From Arenicellales bacterium (lineage in GTDB: Bacteria > Pseudomonadota > Gammaproteobacteria > Arenicellales > Poriferihabitantaceae), in the NCBI GenBank assembly GCA_965231905.1, contig CBDDOO010000001.1, positions 696,235-760,234 of the forward strand: 64,000 nucleotides of DNA, in the 5' to 3' direction. Every line of letters begins with the position of its first letter. Position 1 is the first letter of the stretch. Positions 16,734 through 26,913 of the stretch are shown here, piece after piece. Below the pieces are notes generated by a model, which saw only the letters and a program-made list of their open reading frames with translations, ran no database searches and had not been told where the DNA came from. Made by a program: the position numbers and the translations under genes.

Positions 16734-18170
16734 ATGGAAGTCCGGTCCCGTAACTTCAAAAAAGCCTCCCGCGCCGCATTGCTGGACACCGAATTGCAGG
16801 CGGCGCTGGCCCGCGCCGAAGGCGGATTCGTCGATACCCGGCAAAAAGCGGTCGATGACCTGAAAAATTTTGAAGCTTTCCGGGAGTACGGCGAGAAGGT
16901 CAAGAACCACACGCTGGAACATCTGGATTACTACCTGGAACTGTTCGAGCAAAATGTGGAAAAGGCCGGAGGCCGGGTTCACTGGGCGCAAAACGGCGAG
17001 CAGGCGAATCAGATCATACTCGACATCTGTAAAAAGGCGAACGCTCGCAAGATCACCAAGGGCAAGTCGATGGTGTCGGAGGAGGCGGCGACCAATGCAG
17101 CGCTGGAGAGAAACGGTTACGAGGTACTGGAAACCGATCTCGGGGAATACATCATTCAGCTTGCCAACGAAACTCCGAGCCACATCATCGCGCCGGCCAT
17201 TCACAAATCGAAAGACGGGGTGACGGAGTTGTTTCATCAGCACCACGCCCGACTTGGATTTGACGGCAGGGTGACGGTTCACGAGGAGATCGTCGATCAG
17301 GCGCGCCAGGTCCTGAGAGGTCATTTTTGCAGCGCTGATGTCGGCATCACCGGCGCTAACTTTCTGGTGGCGGAAACCGGCTCTGTCGCGATCGTCACCA
17401 ACGAAGGGAACGGGGACTTGACCGCGACCCTGCCGAGGGTGCATATCGTCACGGCGAGTATCGAAAAGGTCATTCCCGACCTGACCGCGCTCGGTGGTTT
17501 CCTGCGATTGCTGGGGCGCAGCGCCACCGGCCAGATCATGAGTGTCTATACCACGTTATTCAACGGCCCCAAACGCGAGAACGACCTCGATGGCCCGGAT
17601 GAATTCCATGTCGTTCTGCTGGATAATGGCCGCAGCGAGATTCTGAACGGCAGCTTCCGGGACATATTGCGTTGCATCCGCTGTGGAGCCTGCCTGAATC
17701 ATTGTCCGGTCTATACCCGTATCGGCGGACATGCTTATGGGTGGGTTTACCCCGGACCGATGGGTTCGGTGTTGACACCGATCCTGGTTGGACAGAAAAA
17801 TGCGCCGGATCTGCCCCACGCCTGCACTATGAATGGTCGCTGCCAGACAGTCTGCCCGGTGAAGATCCCGTTGCCCGACCTGATTCGGACGCACCGTGTA
17901 CAACTCCATCGGATGAAGGCGGACAGCGCCATCGGCAGAGCAGGATTTTCATTGTGGTATCGACTGGCGAGGAACCCGAAGAGCTATGTCGTGTTTACCC
18001 GCATTGCGGCGCTGATCCTGAATGTCATGGACCGGCTCAAACCCGGCGGGTCCAGGGGGCGATTTCGATGGTTGCCCCTGCTTCGGTCATGGACTAAAAG
18101 CCGTGACTTTCCGGCGCCCGGCGCATCCACTTTCCAGCAAATGTGGAAAAAACACGGAGGCGGTCTGTGA
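16734..18170 (+). CDS. lutB: lactate utilization protein B, iron-sulfur cluster-binding
   Basis: 478 aa with two 4Fe-4S ferredoxin motifs (CIRCGACLNHCP, CTMNGRCQTVCP) and an LUD domain. Confidence 0.85.
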   Translation: MEVRSRNFKKASRAALLDTELQAALARAEGGFVDTRQKAVDDLKNFEAFREYGEKVKNHTLEHLDYYLELFEQNVEKAGGRVHWAQNGEQANQIILDICKKANARKITKGKSMVSEEAATNAALERNGYEVLETDLGEYIIQLANETPSHIIAPAIHKSKDGVTELFHQHHARLGFDGRVTVHEEIVDQARQVLRGHFCSADVGITGANFLVAETGSVAIVTNEGNGDLTATLPRVHIVTASIEKVIPDLTALGGFLRLLGRSATGQIMSVYTTLFNGPKRENDLDGPDEFHVVLLDNGRSEILNGSFRDILRCIRCGACLNHCPVYTRIGGHAYGWVYPGPMGSVLTPILVGQKNAPDLPHACTMNGRCQTVCPVKIPLPDLIRTHRVQLHRMKADSAIGRAGFSLWYRLARNPKSYVVFTRIAALILNVMDRLKPGGSRGRFRWLPLLRSWTKSRDFPAPGASTFQQMWKKHGGGL

Positions 18171-18790
18171 TGAATGCCAGGGAAACCATTCTGAAAACCA
18201 TCCGGCGCCATCAGCCGGAACGCGGTTCCCGCAAACCGGATTTCCGGATTCCGCTGCCTGCGCCCGATTTTGGTCCCGGCCAGCACGACCCTGTTGACCG
18301 GTTCATCAGCCGACTCTCACAGGTTCACGGGACCTGCGAGATCGTGCGCGGCTGGAATCGGATACCGGACGCGGTCAGCCGGTATCTGGCGGATGTCCGG
18401 CAGCCCGCGCAGGTGGTCGCTTCGCCGGATGAGGATTTCCACTGCCTGGACTGGGGCGGTATTGCAATCGAATACCGGGCCGCGACGGCCTCGGACGCGG
18501 TTTCTGTTACCCGCGCTTGCGCGGGGATTGCACAAACCGGCACCATCGCGATGGTTTCGTCTCCAGCTTCCCCGGTCACGCTCAATTTCCTGCCGGAAAT
18601 CCATATCGTCGTACTGGAGCGGACCAGACTAGTGTCATCAATGGAACAATTCTGGTCGATGCCGGAATCCCGGCCAAGGGCCATCAATTTTATCACCGGA
18701 CCCTCAAAAACCGCGGATATCGAGCAAACCATCGTTTATGGCGCCCATGGCCCACGTCGTTTCCATGTGTTGTTGATCGAGAGCGATTGA
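18170..18790 (+). CDS. lutC: lactate utilization protein C
   Basis: The ATG at 18170 overlaps the lutB TGA. LUD/YkgG-like, about 206 aa. It completes the lutABC order. Confidence 0.75.
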   Translation: MNARETILKTIRRHQPERGSRKPDFRIPLPAPDFGPGQHDPVDRFISRLSQVHGTCEIVRGWNRIPDAVSRYLADVRQPAQVVASPDEDFHCLDWGGIAIEYRAATASDAVSVTRACAGIAQTGTIAMVSSPASPVTLNFLPEIHIVVLERTRLVSSMEQFWSMPESRPRAINFITGPSKTADIEQTIVYGAHGPRRFHVLLIESD

Positions 18791-18826
18791 CGTGGGGGTG
18801 GTTATGACGGCGGTGTTGATGAATGG

Positions 18827-19741
18827 CTAATCCAGCCCGACATTCACCTTGAATCCGCCCTTGGCGTTCATCGTCAAATGCCCATCAACCACCGCATAAC
18901 TCCATTTGGCGCTTTTCCGTAGCCCGCCGAGCGGATAGACATGCACCCCGCTGATGCCGGAACCGGGGTCATTGGCTGCGTAATCCGCCAGATTGGCAAC
19001 CAGTTTATCGGGGGCATTGACAGACATCAACCGGGTCACGTTTTTTGTCTGTCGGGTCAGGAATTTAATGGAATTGCCGATACCGCAGTTCCTGGCATGC
19101 ATCAGCAGGGTTTTCAACGTCGCCAGTCCCGGTATGCCGATGTGAACCGGAAGGATGTTGCCGTCGGCCTGCAGCATCCGGTCCCAGGCAATGACCGGCG
19201 CGCTTTCGAAGGCGAACTGCGTGACCAGGTGCATTTTGGCGTCGGTTCGCTGGCTGAATTCATTTTTCCATCTCAAGGCGGACAGGATCGCCTCATCGGA
19301 CATGTCCGGGCTGCCTTCCGGATGGCCGGCCAGGCCAATCGTAGTGATGCCGTGTTTATCGAACAGTCCCGTATCGAGCAGTTGCATGGAGTCGTGGAAG
19401 TCGCCGACCGGATTATCGACCGCTCCGGCGATACACAGCGCCCGCTCCACTCCTGCCTCAGCCACAACCAGACTGAGATATTGATCCAGTGTCCTGCGGT
19501 TGGCAATACTGCGGGCCGCGAAATGCGGGACCGGAATGAAACCTTCATCACGAAGCCGTTTTGCCACGGCAACGGTGTCGTTAAAATCGGACCCCGGCAG
19601 GAAAGTGATATACACTACAGTACCATGGCGCAGATGTTCTCTGAAATCAGCTATTCTGGTTGCAGAAGCCGGGGTGGTTTCAGCGGTGAATCCGCTCATG
19701 AACTGCTGGATCTGCCGAACTTGTCGGCCTGTGTTTGCCAT
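18827..19741 (-). CDS. methylenetetrahydrofolate reductase family protein
   Basis: By eye it is collinear with E. coli MetF (PHF, AGHPEG, VTQFAFE, GIPG blocks). It starts 1 nt after the NO reductase stop. Confidence 0.7.
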   Translation of the reverse strand: MANTGRQVRQIQQFMSGFTAETTPASATRIADFREHLRHGTVVYITFLPGSDFNDTVAVAKRLRDEGFIPVPHFAARSIANRRTLDQYLSLVVAEAGVERALCIAGAVDNPVGDFHDSMQLLDTGLFDKHGITTIGLAGHPEGSPDMSDEAILSALRWKNEFSQRTDAKMHLVTQFAFESAPVIAWDRMLQADGNILPVHIGIPGLATLKTLLMHARNCGIGNSIKFLTRQTKNVTRLMSVNAPDKLVANLADYAANDPGSGISGVHVYPLGGLRKSAKWSYAVVDGHLTMNAKGGFKVNVGLD

Positions 19742-19742
19742 T

Positions 19743-22016
19743 TTATTTTCTTTGCCGGTATAGCTGGACGGTGAACACCACCAATGCCAGCACGCCTGCG
19801 GCGAAAACGATATCCCCCGGAACCCGCGCCCAGACCAGTCCCTCCATCAGTTCGCTGTGTACGAACTCTGCCGAGCGGGCATACCAGTAGCCGTGCTTGT
19901 AGGCGTTGATGGCCTGCCATGCCCCTTGCGGCAGCAGCGACAGGAATACCATCATTGCGAGGCCGATATTGAAACACCAGAATGAGATTTTCAGCCATTT
20001 GCCCTGCCAGGCGGCGGAGTCGGTCAGCCCGCGCAAACAGAACAGCATCAAGCCGATTCCGAGCATGCCATATACTCCGAACAGCGCGGCGTGGCCGTGG
20101 GTCGCGGTGGTATTCAGTCCCTGCATGTAGTACAGCGCCAGGGGAGGGTTGATCAGGAATCCGAGCAATCCGGCGCCGACGAAATTCCAGAACAATACCG
20201 CCGAGAAAAACATCAATGGCCATTTGTAGTAGTCTATCCACGGAGCTTCGCGTTCCATTTTCGAGTGGTTGTATGCTTCAAATCCAATCACCACCAGCGG
20301 GATCACTTCGAGCGCGGAAAAAACGCCGCCGAGCGCCAGTACCCCGATTGGCGTACCGCTCCAGTAGAGATGGTGAAACGTTCCGAGTACACCGCCACAC
20401 AGGAATATGATCGTTGCGAACAGTACCGAAATAGTGGCGGTGGATTGACGCAGCAGCCCCATTTTGACGAACAGCAGGGCAATGATGGTGGTTGCAAATA
20501 CTTCAAATACGCCTTCAACCCACAGGTGCACCACCCACCAGCGCCAGTATTCCATAATGCTGATATGGGTATTCTGCCCCCACATCAGGCCGGCGCCATA
20601 AAGCAGGCCGATGGACGTCGAAGCGACCACAAGCAGCCAGATCAGGGAAGTGTTGCCGCCGCTTTTGAAGGCTGGAAGCAGGGCCCGAAGCATCAGCGCC
20701 AGCCAGACGAGCAGCCCGATGAACAGGAACAGTTGCCAGAACCGGCCGAGGTCCACGTATTCGTAGCCCTGGTGCCCGAACCAGAAGTTGGCGGTCAGGC
20801 TTTCAAAGTACTGGTTGATGCCAAGCCATTCCCCGGTCAGCGACCCGACTACGATGATCAACAGGCAGATATACAGGAAATTGACCCCGAATCGCTGAAA
20901 GCGGGGTTCGTGCCCTGAAACCAGGGGCGCCACGTACAGGCCGGTTGCCAGCCACGCGGTCGCAATCCAGAATACGGCCAACTGGGTATGCCAGGTTCTG
21001 GTCACCGAGTAGGGCAGATATTCCGCTAACGGAAACCCATAAAAATCCTGTCCTTCCACGGCATAGTGGGCGGTCACTATACCGAGGAATATCTGCGCGC
21101 CGATCAACGCCACAACCGTCCAGAAATATTTTCCGGTGGCGCGCATGGAGGGGGTAATGGTAGCGGCGGCCAGCAGGTTGGTGGGGGAGGTTCCACCCTC
21201 CGGCGTCATGTCGTCCCGCCACAAATCGTATTGTTTCGCATAAAACCAGACCAGAGCGCCGATTCCGGCCAGCAGCAGGAAGATGCTGACGAAGGTCCAT
21301 ACGAACAATTCCACGCTCGGAGTATTCCCGACCAGCGGCTCATACGGCCAGTTACTGGTATAGGAGATCGAAGCGCCGGGCCGGGTCGCGGTAGCGCTCC
21401 AGGCAGTCCAGAAAACAAAGGCGGTCAGCGCGTGCATATCGCCGTCCGCCAGGGTGGTGGATGGAGAAAATGCGTATTGCTCTCTCAGCCGTTGCGAGGT
21501 TTCGGAGCCGGTGTTCTGGAATATATCCGCGTAATGGGCGCTTACCTGTCTGATTGCGCGCGCCCGGTTTTGTGAAACCGTGACCGCGCCGGTCCCGGGG
21601 TCCCAGGTATTTTCCTTCATCTCAAGACGCGCCTGCACTTTCAGCGCTTCTTGTTGCGCGATGGGGAGCGCCGCATAGCCGGTATTCCAGGTTTCCTGCG
21701 CCGAGAGTTCGAGCAACGCCACGACTTCCCTGTGCAGCCAGTCAGCGCTCCAGTCGGGCGCCAGATAGCTGCCATGCCCCCAGATTGAGCCTTTCTGCAT
21801 TCCACCCAGCGACTGCCATATATTCTGCCCCCGGTTTATATCGTTGTCGGAAAACAGCGATTCCCCATCAATGGATTGAACAACGGCTGGAATGGGCGGG
21901 GCCTTCTGATAAATCTGGCCGCCGAAATAAAGCAGTATTGAAAACATTACAATCATGGATAAAACAAAAATCATCCATAATCGGCGAACCGTAAATGTGA
22001 TGTTGTAATCAGTCAT
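19743..22016 (-). CDS. norB: quinol-dependent nitric-oxide reductase (single-subunit qNOR)
   Basis: 757 aa. The N-terminal extension (GSIWGHGSYLAPDWSADWLHRE) is fused to a heme-copper oxidase subunit-I-like core (HGHAALFGVYG). Confidence 0.9.
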   Translation of the reverse strand: MTDYNITFTVRRLWMIFVLSMIVMFSILLYFGGQIYQKAPPIPAVVQSIDGESLFSDNDINRGQNIWQSLGGMQKGSIWGHGSYLAPDWSADWLHREVVALLELSAQETWNTGYAALPIAQQEALKVQARLEMKENTWDPGTGAVTVSQNRARAIRQVSAHYADIFQNTGSETSQRLREQYAFSPSTTLADGDMHALTAFVFWTAWSATATRPGASISYTSNWPYEPLVGNTPSVELFVWTFVSIFLLLAGIGALVWFYAKQYDLWRDDMTPEGGTSPTNLLAAATITPSMRATGKYFWTVVALIGAQIFLGIVTAHYAVEGQDFYGFPLAEYLPYSVTRTWHTQLAVFWIATAWLATGLYVAPLVSGHEPRFQRFGVNFLYICLLIIVVGSLTGEWLGINQYFESLTANFWFGHQGYEYVDLGRFWQLFLFIGLLVWLALMLRALLPAFKSGGNTSLIWLLVVASTSIGLLYGAGLMWGQNTHISIMEYWRWWVVHLWVEGVFEVFATTIIALLFVKMGLLRQSTATISVLFATIIFLCGGVLGTFHHLYWSGTPIGVLALGGVFSALEVIPLVVIGFEAYNHSKMEREAPWIDYYKWPLMFFSAVLFWNFVGAGLLGFLINPPLALYYMQGLNTTATHGHAALFGVYGMLGIGLMLFCLRGLTDSAAWQGKWLKISFWCFNIGLAMMVFLSLLPQGAWQAINAYKHGYWYARSAEFVHSELMEGLVWARVPGDIVFAAGVLALVVFTVQLYRQRK

Positions 22017-22175
22017 GAGAGCGGGCCTTTTCTAAAACCGGATTTTACCTGAAAAAATGGCTTTCGAGCAGAACCGGTCTGTTTATGTTGTTCATATTTG
22101 ATTTGTTCGCATTGTCTTTCACCGGGTATAATTCAGCGCCTGATTTGAACCACAGATAAAAACTCCTGCCCGGAA

Positions 22176-25055
22176 TTGGATTTGATCACCCGGATTTTAC
22201 TCGTTGCGCTGCTTTTTTGTTCGAGCTTTGCCGCCCTGGCCGAAACTTGCCCCACCATTGTGGTCAGCAGTCCCGCCGACCGCAAGGACTATTGTTATAT
22301 CGAACTGGACAATCGACTGAAGGTTCTGCTGGTTTCCGACCCGACTACGGATCTGTCGGCGGCGGCGCTGGATGTTTATACCGGCAGCGGTTCCGACCCC
22401 GATGACTGGCAGGGGCTGGCGCACTTTCTGGAACACATGCTCTTCCTCGGTACCCGAAAATACCCGCAAGTGGACGGGTATCAGGAATTTCTCAAGAATC
22501 ACGGAGGTTTCGGCAACGCCTGGACCTCGTTCAGTCATACCAACTATCATTTCAGTGTCGGCACGGATTATCTGGAACCGGCGCTGGACCGGTTTTCACA
22601 GTTCTTTATCGCGCCGACATTCGACCAGACCTATGTAGACCGCGAGAGGTCGGTGGTTCATTCTGAATATCAGGCCAGGAAAAAAAACGAGCGGCGACGC
22701 CTTTGGGATGCGCGCAAACAATGGCTGAATCCATCCCATCCGGCATCACGGTTTTCAATCGGCTCGCTCGATACGTTGCGCGACCGGGATGGGGTTTCAG
22801 CCCGTGACAGGCTGATCGAATTTTATGACCAGCGCTATTCGGCCAATATCATGACGCTGGTTATTCTCGGGAAAGAGTCGCTTGATCAACTGGAACGAAT
22901 GGCCAGACAATATTTCTCAGCAATACCGGATAAAAATCTGGCCCCGCAGAAGTTTACCCAACCCTACATGAATCCCGACCTGGCCCCGGCCCGGCTGAAC
23001 AGTGTCCCGGAAGAAGAGCGGAACAGTGTCAGTTTCGTGTTTCCGATACCGTCGACGCTGAACGAGTATCACGCCAAGCCGCTCGATTATCTTGCCGGAT
23101 TGCTGGGCCACGAGGGGGATGGGTCACTGTATGCCGCGCTCAAGGATGCCGGCTGGGTGGAGGGACTGCGAGCGGGCCGGGGTTACATGGATCAGGTGCA
23201 GGGACAGATTGAAATCCACATCAGGTTGACCCGGCAGGGCTTGCAGCGGATTGACCGGATCGGAGAGGCTCTGTTCCGGGCTATCGCGCTGATAAGGGAC
23301 ACGGGCATCCGGAAATGGAGATTCGAGGAGCAGGGTAAACTCGCGCAACTCGATTTTCGCTTCGCCCAGGAACGCGATCCGGCAAGGGTCGTACAATCGC
23401 TGGCTTCACGTTTGCATCTTTACCAGCCGCTTGATGTCTTGCAGGGACCGTATCTTTTCCGTACTTTTGACGCGGAGCGCGTCCGGGGGTTGCTGGCCCG
23501 GCTGAACCCGGAGAATGTCTATGTCAATGTGGTTTCGCAAGACCTCGAGGCCGACCGGGTTACCGGGTACTATGATGTTCACTACAGCATCGAGAAAATA
23601 CCCGATGAATGGATCGCCCGCTGGAGCGAAGCGCTGAGCGGTGACGCCGCCTTGTCGATAACCGGAGAGGTCGGGGAATTGAGCCTGCCGGCGGCCAACC
23701 CGTATATCCCGCAACGGCTGGACCTGATCGGATTCGAGCATCCCTCGCCCGCTCCACAACCCATCCAGACCGGCTCCGGCATCATGCTGTGGTATCAGCC
23801 AGACGATGAATTCGCTACGCCGCGGGCCAATTTTTACTGTGGTATCCTGTCGCCGGCGGCCAATAGCAGCGCGGATAACGCGACGCTGGCGGAACTGGTT
23901 GTGCGCTTGGTTGCAAGCCAGCTCGACAAGGCTGTCTATCCGGCTTTGCTGGCCGGTCTGGATTACGACCTGTATCGCCATAGCAAGGGGATTTCGGTAA
24001 AACTGGGCGGCTATGAGGACAGGCAATCGGAGCTTCTCCGGCTGATTGTCGACGCATTCGCGCATCCGCGATTCGATGAGCGGCGTTTCGAGGTGGTCAA
24101 GGCCGGATTGCAGCGTGAATTGAATAATGTTGGCAGGCAAACACCATCAAACCAGTCGATCCATGAATTATACCGATTATTGCTGTTGCCTTACTGGACC
24201 GAGTCGGAAAGATTGCAGGCGCTGGCGAATATAACCCTGCAGGACGTTGAGGAATATCTCGCCCGGTTTTTCCGGTTCGTTACGGTGAATTGCCTGTCTC
24301 ACGGAGACGTCAGCCTGGAAAGCTCACTTGAGCGGGTAGCCATTATTGACTCGCTGTTCGTCAACAGCGAATTCGTTGAAGAAGACTTCGCCCCTGAAGT
24401 TCGTATTCTTGAGCGGTCAAAACGGTATCTGAGGACAGTCGGGACGGAACATACCGACTCAGCCTTGTCATGGTACTATCAGGGTTGGCGACCCACGGTC
24501 CGGGAAAGGGCGAAAGCGGCGTTGTTGGCGAATTTGCTTGAATCGCCTTTTTATACCCGGTTGCGCACCGATAACCGGGCAGGGTACCTTGTTTACAGTA
24601 GCGTCCTGAATATCCTGCGAATGCCGGCGCTGTTATTTTCCGTACAAAGTCCGAGCCATTCCCCGGTGCAGATCAAGGCGCTGTTTGACGAGTTCATAAC
24701 GGATTTCTCCGGGCAGTTGGATCAGATGACCCAGGCCCGGTTCGAAACGATCAGGTCAGGATTGCTGATTGAGGTGCGACGACAAGACAACAATCTCGCC
24801 GAACGCAGTGATCGCTACTGGACGGAAATTGATCGGGGGGAATTCGGTTTCGACAGCCGGAAGCAATTTGATGACGCATTGTCGGTGTTGACCCTGGACG
24901 AAATGCGGCAATACTTTCAGGTTCTGATTGCCACGCCGGGAGGAGAACTGGTCGTGCAGATGGCCGGTAATCCGGAGCATTCAGACGATGGTCTGATTCG
25001 GGGGCAGGGCTTTGAGGTAACCGGAGACGCGACCGTATTTCGGGAACGATACTAA
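22176..25055 (+). CDS. M16 (insulinase/pitrilysin) family zinc protease, secreted
   Basis: Signal peptide, the inverted zinc motif HFLEHMLF, and 959 aa with a four-domain length typical of protease III-like enzymes. TTG start implied. Confidence 0.85.
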   Translation: MDLITRILLVALLFCSSFAALAETCPTIVVSSPADRKDYCYIELDNRLKVLLVSDPTTDLSAAALDVYTGSGSDPDDWQGLAHFLEHMLFLGTRKYPQVDGYQEFLKNHGGFGNAWTSFSHTNYHFSVGTDYLEPALDRFSQFFIAPTFDQTYVDRERSVVHSEYQARKKNERRRLWDARKQWLNPSHPASRFSIGSLDTLRDRDGVSARDRLIEFYDQRYSANIMTLVILGKESLDQLERMARQYFSAIPDKNLAPQKFTQPYMNPDLAPARLNSVPEEERNSVSFVFPIPSTLNEYHAKPLDYLAGLLGHEGDGSLYAALKDAGWVEGLRAGRGYMDQVQGQIEIHIRLTRQGLQRIDRIGEALFRAIALIRDTGIRKWRFEEQGKLAQLDFRFAQERDPARVVQSLASRLHLYQPLDVLQGPYLFRTFDAERVRGLLARLNPENVYVNVVSQDLEADRVTGYYDVHYSIEKIPDEWIARWSEALSGDAALSITGEVGELSLPAANPYIPQRLDLIGFEHPSPAPQPIQTGSGIMLWYQPDDEFATPRANFYCGILSPAANSSADNATLAELVVRLVASQLDKAVYPALLAGLDYDLYRHSKGISVKLGGYEDRQSELLRLIVDAFAHPRFDERRFEVVKAGLQRELNNVGRQTPSNQSIHELYRLLLLPYWTESERLQALANITLQDVEEYLARFFRFVTVNCLSHGDVSLESSLERVAIIDSLFVNSEFVEEDFAPEVRILERSKRYLRTVGTEHTDSALSWYYQGWRPTVRERAKAALLANLLESPFYTRLRTDNRAGYLVYSSVLNILRMPALLFSVQSPSHSPVQIKALFDEFITDFSGQLDQMTQARFETIRSGLLIEVRRQDNNLAERSDRYWTEIDRGEFGFDSRKQFDDALSVLTLDEMRQYFQVLIATPGGELVVQMAGNPEHSDDGLIRGQGFEVTGDATVFRERY

Positions 25056-25078
25056 AGAGGCAGCCAGACAGGCAATTG

Positions 25079-25573
25079 ATGCCAGGTGAACGAAGACAAT
25101 CGCTGGTTGCAGAGCTCGCTGACCGGTTGACGACCGCTTCTGCCAGGGTGACCACGGTGGAGTCGTGCACCGGAGGCGGTATCGCCTTTGCCTTGACTGA
25201 AATGGCGGGAAGTTCAAACTGGTTCGAGCGCGGCCTGGTCACATACAGCAATCAGGCGAAATCGGAGTTGGCGGGGGCGCCGATGGAATTGATTATCGCC
25301 AATGGCGCGGTCAGTGAAGCCGTTGCGGCGGCGATGGCTGCCGGTGGCCGGGTCAGGGCAGGCGCTGAATACTGCATGTCAGTCACCGGTATTGCCGGGC
25401 CGGGCGGCGGCTCAACGGGCAAGCCGGTTGGTATGGTTTGTTTTGGCTGGGTCGGTCCGCGTCATGTCCCGCAGACGGATACGGCGCTGTTCGATGGTGA
25501 CCGGCACAGGGTCCGGGAACAGGCGATTGACTTTGCCCTGTGCGGATTGCTGGACCGTTGGCAGTCCCTTTGA
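25079..25573 (+). CDS. pncC: nicotinamide-nucleotide amidohydrolase (CinA C-terminal domain protein)
   Basis: VESCTGGGIAFALTEMAGSS...VTYSNQAK is the characteristic CinA/PncC motif. Confidence 0.85.
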   Translation: MPGERRQSLVAELADRLTTASARVTTVESCTGGGIAFALTEMAGSSNWFERGLVTYSNQAKSELAGAPMELIIANGAVSEAVAAAMAAGGRVRAGAEYCMSVTGIAGPGGGSTGKPVGMVCFGWVGPRHVPQTDTALFDGDRHRVREQAIDFALCGLLDRWQSL

Positions 25574-25605
25574 TGTGAGCGTGTGAGAGCGCGCTGAAAC
25601 GGATA

Positions 25606-25627
25606 CTCACCGCTGGTGGCCGGTGAG
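25606..25627 (+). terminator. stem-loop downstream of pncC (CTCACCG-N8-CGGTGAG)
   Basis: A 7-bp perfect stem 33 nt after the stop. The U-tract is weak. Confidence 0.3.
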
Positions 25628-25733
25628 TGAATATAATTGCGTTTATGTTTGAATTTATGGATTGAATCAGTTACAGTTGACTTTTCTGTATCAGGTGGAT
25701 TTCTTCGGAACAATTACTGGCGGATAGAACGTT

Positions 25734-26828
25734 ATGAGTGACAATAATGCATTGGTCCGGTTTGAGAACATCCAGAAGAGTTATGACGGCGAAACTCTGG
25801 TAGTCAAGAACCTGAATCTGGATGTGGCGGAGGGGGAATTTCTCACTATGTTGGGGCCTTCCGGCTCCGGCAAAACCACCTGCCTGATGATGCTGGCCGG
25901 ATTTGAACCCGCCACCCATGGTGAAATCTGGCTGAAAGGCCAGGGCATCAACAATGTGGCTCCGCACAAGCGCGGGATCGGCATGGTTTTCCAGAATTAC
26001 GCCCTGTTCCCGCACATGACGGTCGCTGAAAATCTGGCATTCCCTCTCGAGGTTCGCAGAATGAGCAAAAGCGAACGTGAGCAGCGAGTCAAACGGGCGC
26101 TGGACATGGTACAGCTTGGAGCGTTTGGAGACAGGCGACCGGCCCAGCTTTCCGGGGGGCAGCAACAGCGTGTCGCAGTCGCCAGGTCACTGGTTTTTGA
26201 TCCGGATCTGGTGTTGATGGACGAGCCGCTCGGCGCGCTCGACAAGAACCTGCGTGAGCAGATGCAGTATGAAATCAAGCACATGCACGAGAATCTTGGC
26301 CTGACCGTGGTCTACGTGACTCACGACCAGAGCGAAGCGTTGACCATGTCGAACCGTATCGCCGTATTTGACGACGGGATCATCCAGCAGTGCGCCCCGC
26401 CGGCCGTGCTCTACGAGAAACCGGAAAACGCATTCTGCGCCAACTTCATAGGCGAAAACAATCGCTTTCTGGGCGTGGTTTCCGAGGATCTCGGTGATAG
26501 CGTCAAGGCTGAAATTGATGGTGGCGGCGTGATCCATGCGAACAAGATCAATGTGGAAGGCGTCGGTCAGCGAACCACGTTGTCCCTGCGCCCGGAGCGG
26601 GTCGTCGTTTCCCCACCGGCTGGCAGCCTGCCGAACATTTTCACGGCCAGGGCAGAAGAACTGATTTACCTCGGTGACCATATCAGGACGCGGTTTACTG
26701 TTTGCGGTCATGACGACTTTATTTGTAAAATCCCGAATTCCGCCGGGATGACCAGCCTCCAGGAGGGGGATTCTGTGTCGATTGGCTGGAATGTGGAGGA
26801 TTGCCGTGCACTGGATGCGTCCGATTGA
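25734..26828 (+). CDS. ABC transporter ATP-binding protein (PotA/CysA-like)
   Basis: Walker A GPSGSGKTT, signature LSGGQQQRV, Walker B LVLMDEP, and a C-terminal TOBE-like domain. Confidence 0.9.
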   Translation: MSDNNALVRFENIQKSYDGETLVVKNLNLDVAEGEFLTMLGPSGSGKTTCLMMLAGFEPATHGEIWLKGQGINNVAPHKRGIGMVFQNYALFPHMTVAENLAFPLEVRRMSKSEREQRVKRALDMVQLGAFGDRRPAQLSGGQQQRVAVARSLVFDPDLVLMDEPLGALDKNLREQMQYEIKHMHENLGLTVVYVTHDQSEALTMSNRIAVFDDGIIQQCAPPAVLYEKPENAFCANFIGENNRFLGVVSEDLGDSVKAEIDGGGVIHANKINVEGVGQRTTLSLRPERVVVSPPAGSLPNIFTARAEELIYLGDHIRTRFTVCGHDDFICKIPNSAGMTSLQEGDSVSIGWNVEDCRALDASD

Positions 26829-26913
26829 CGGTCACGGGATGCGGGCAAGCCATAGTTTTCCGTTTTATTTTTTGACAACAAATGTTTCTTGAATCAGGAG
26901 GAGAATTCCTACA

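Noticed and set aside
22017-22175. Possible FNR/DNR or NsrR operator upstream of the NO reductase gene
   Set aside because: Only a half-site (TTGAT-N4-TCGCA) is present. The second half matches 2 of 5 positions, which is not enough to call.
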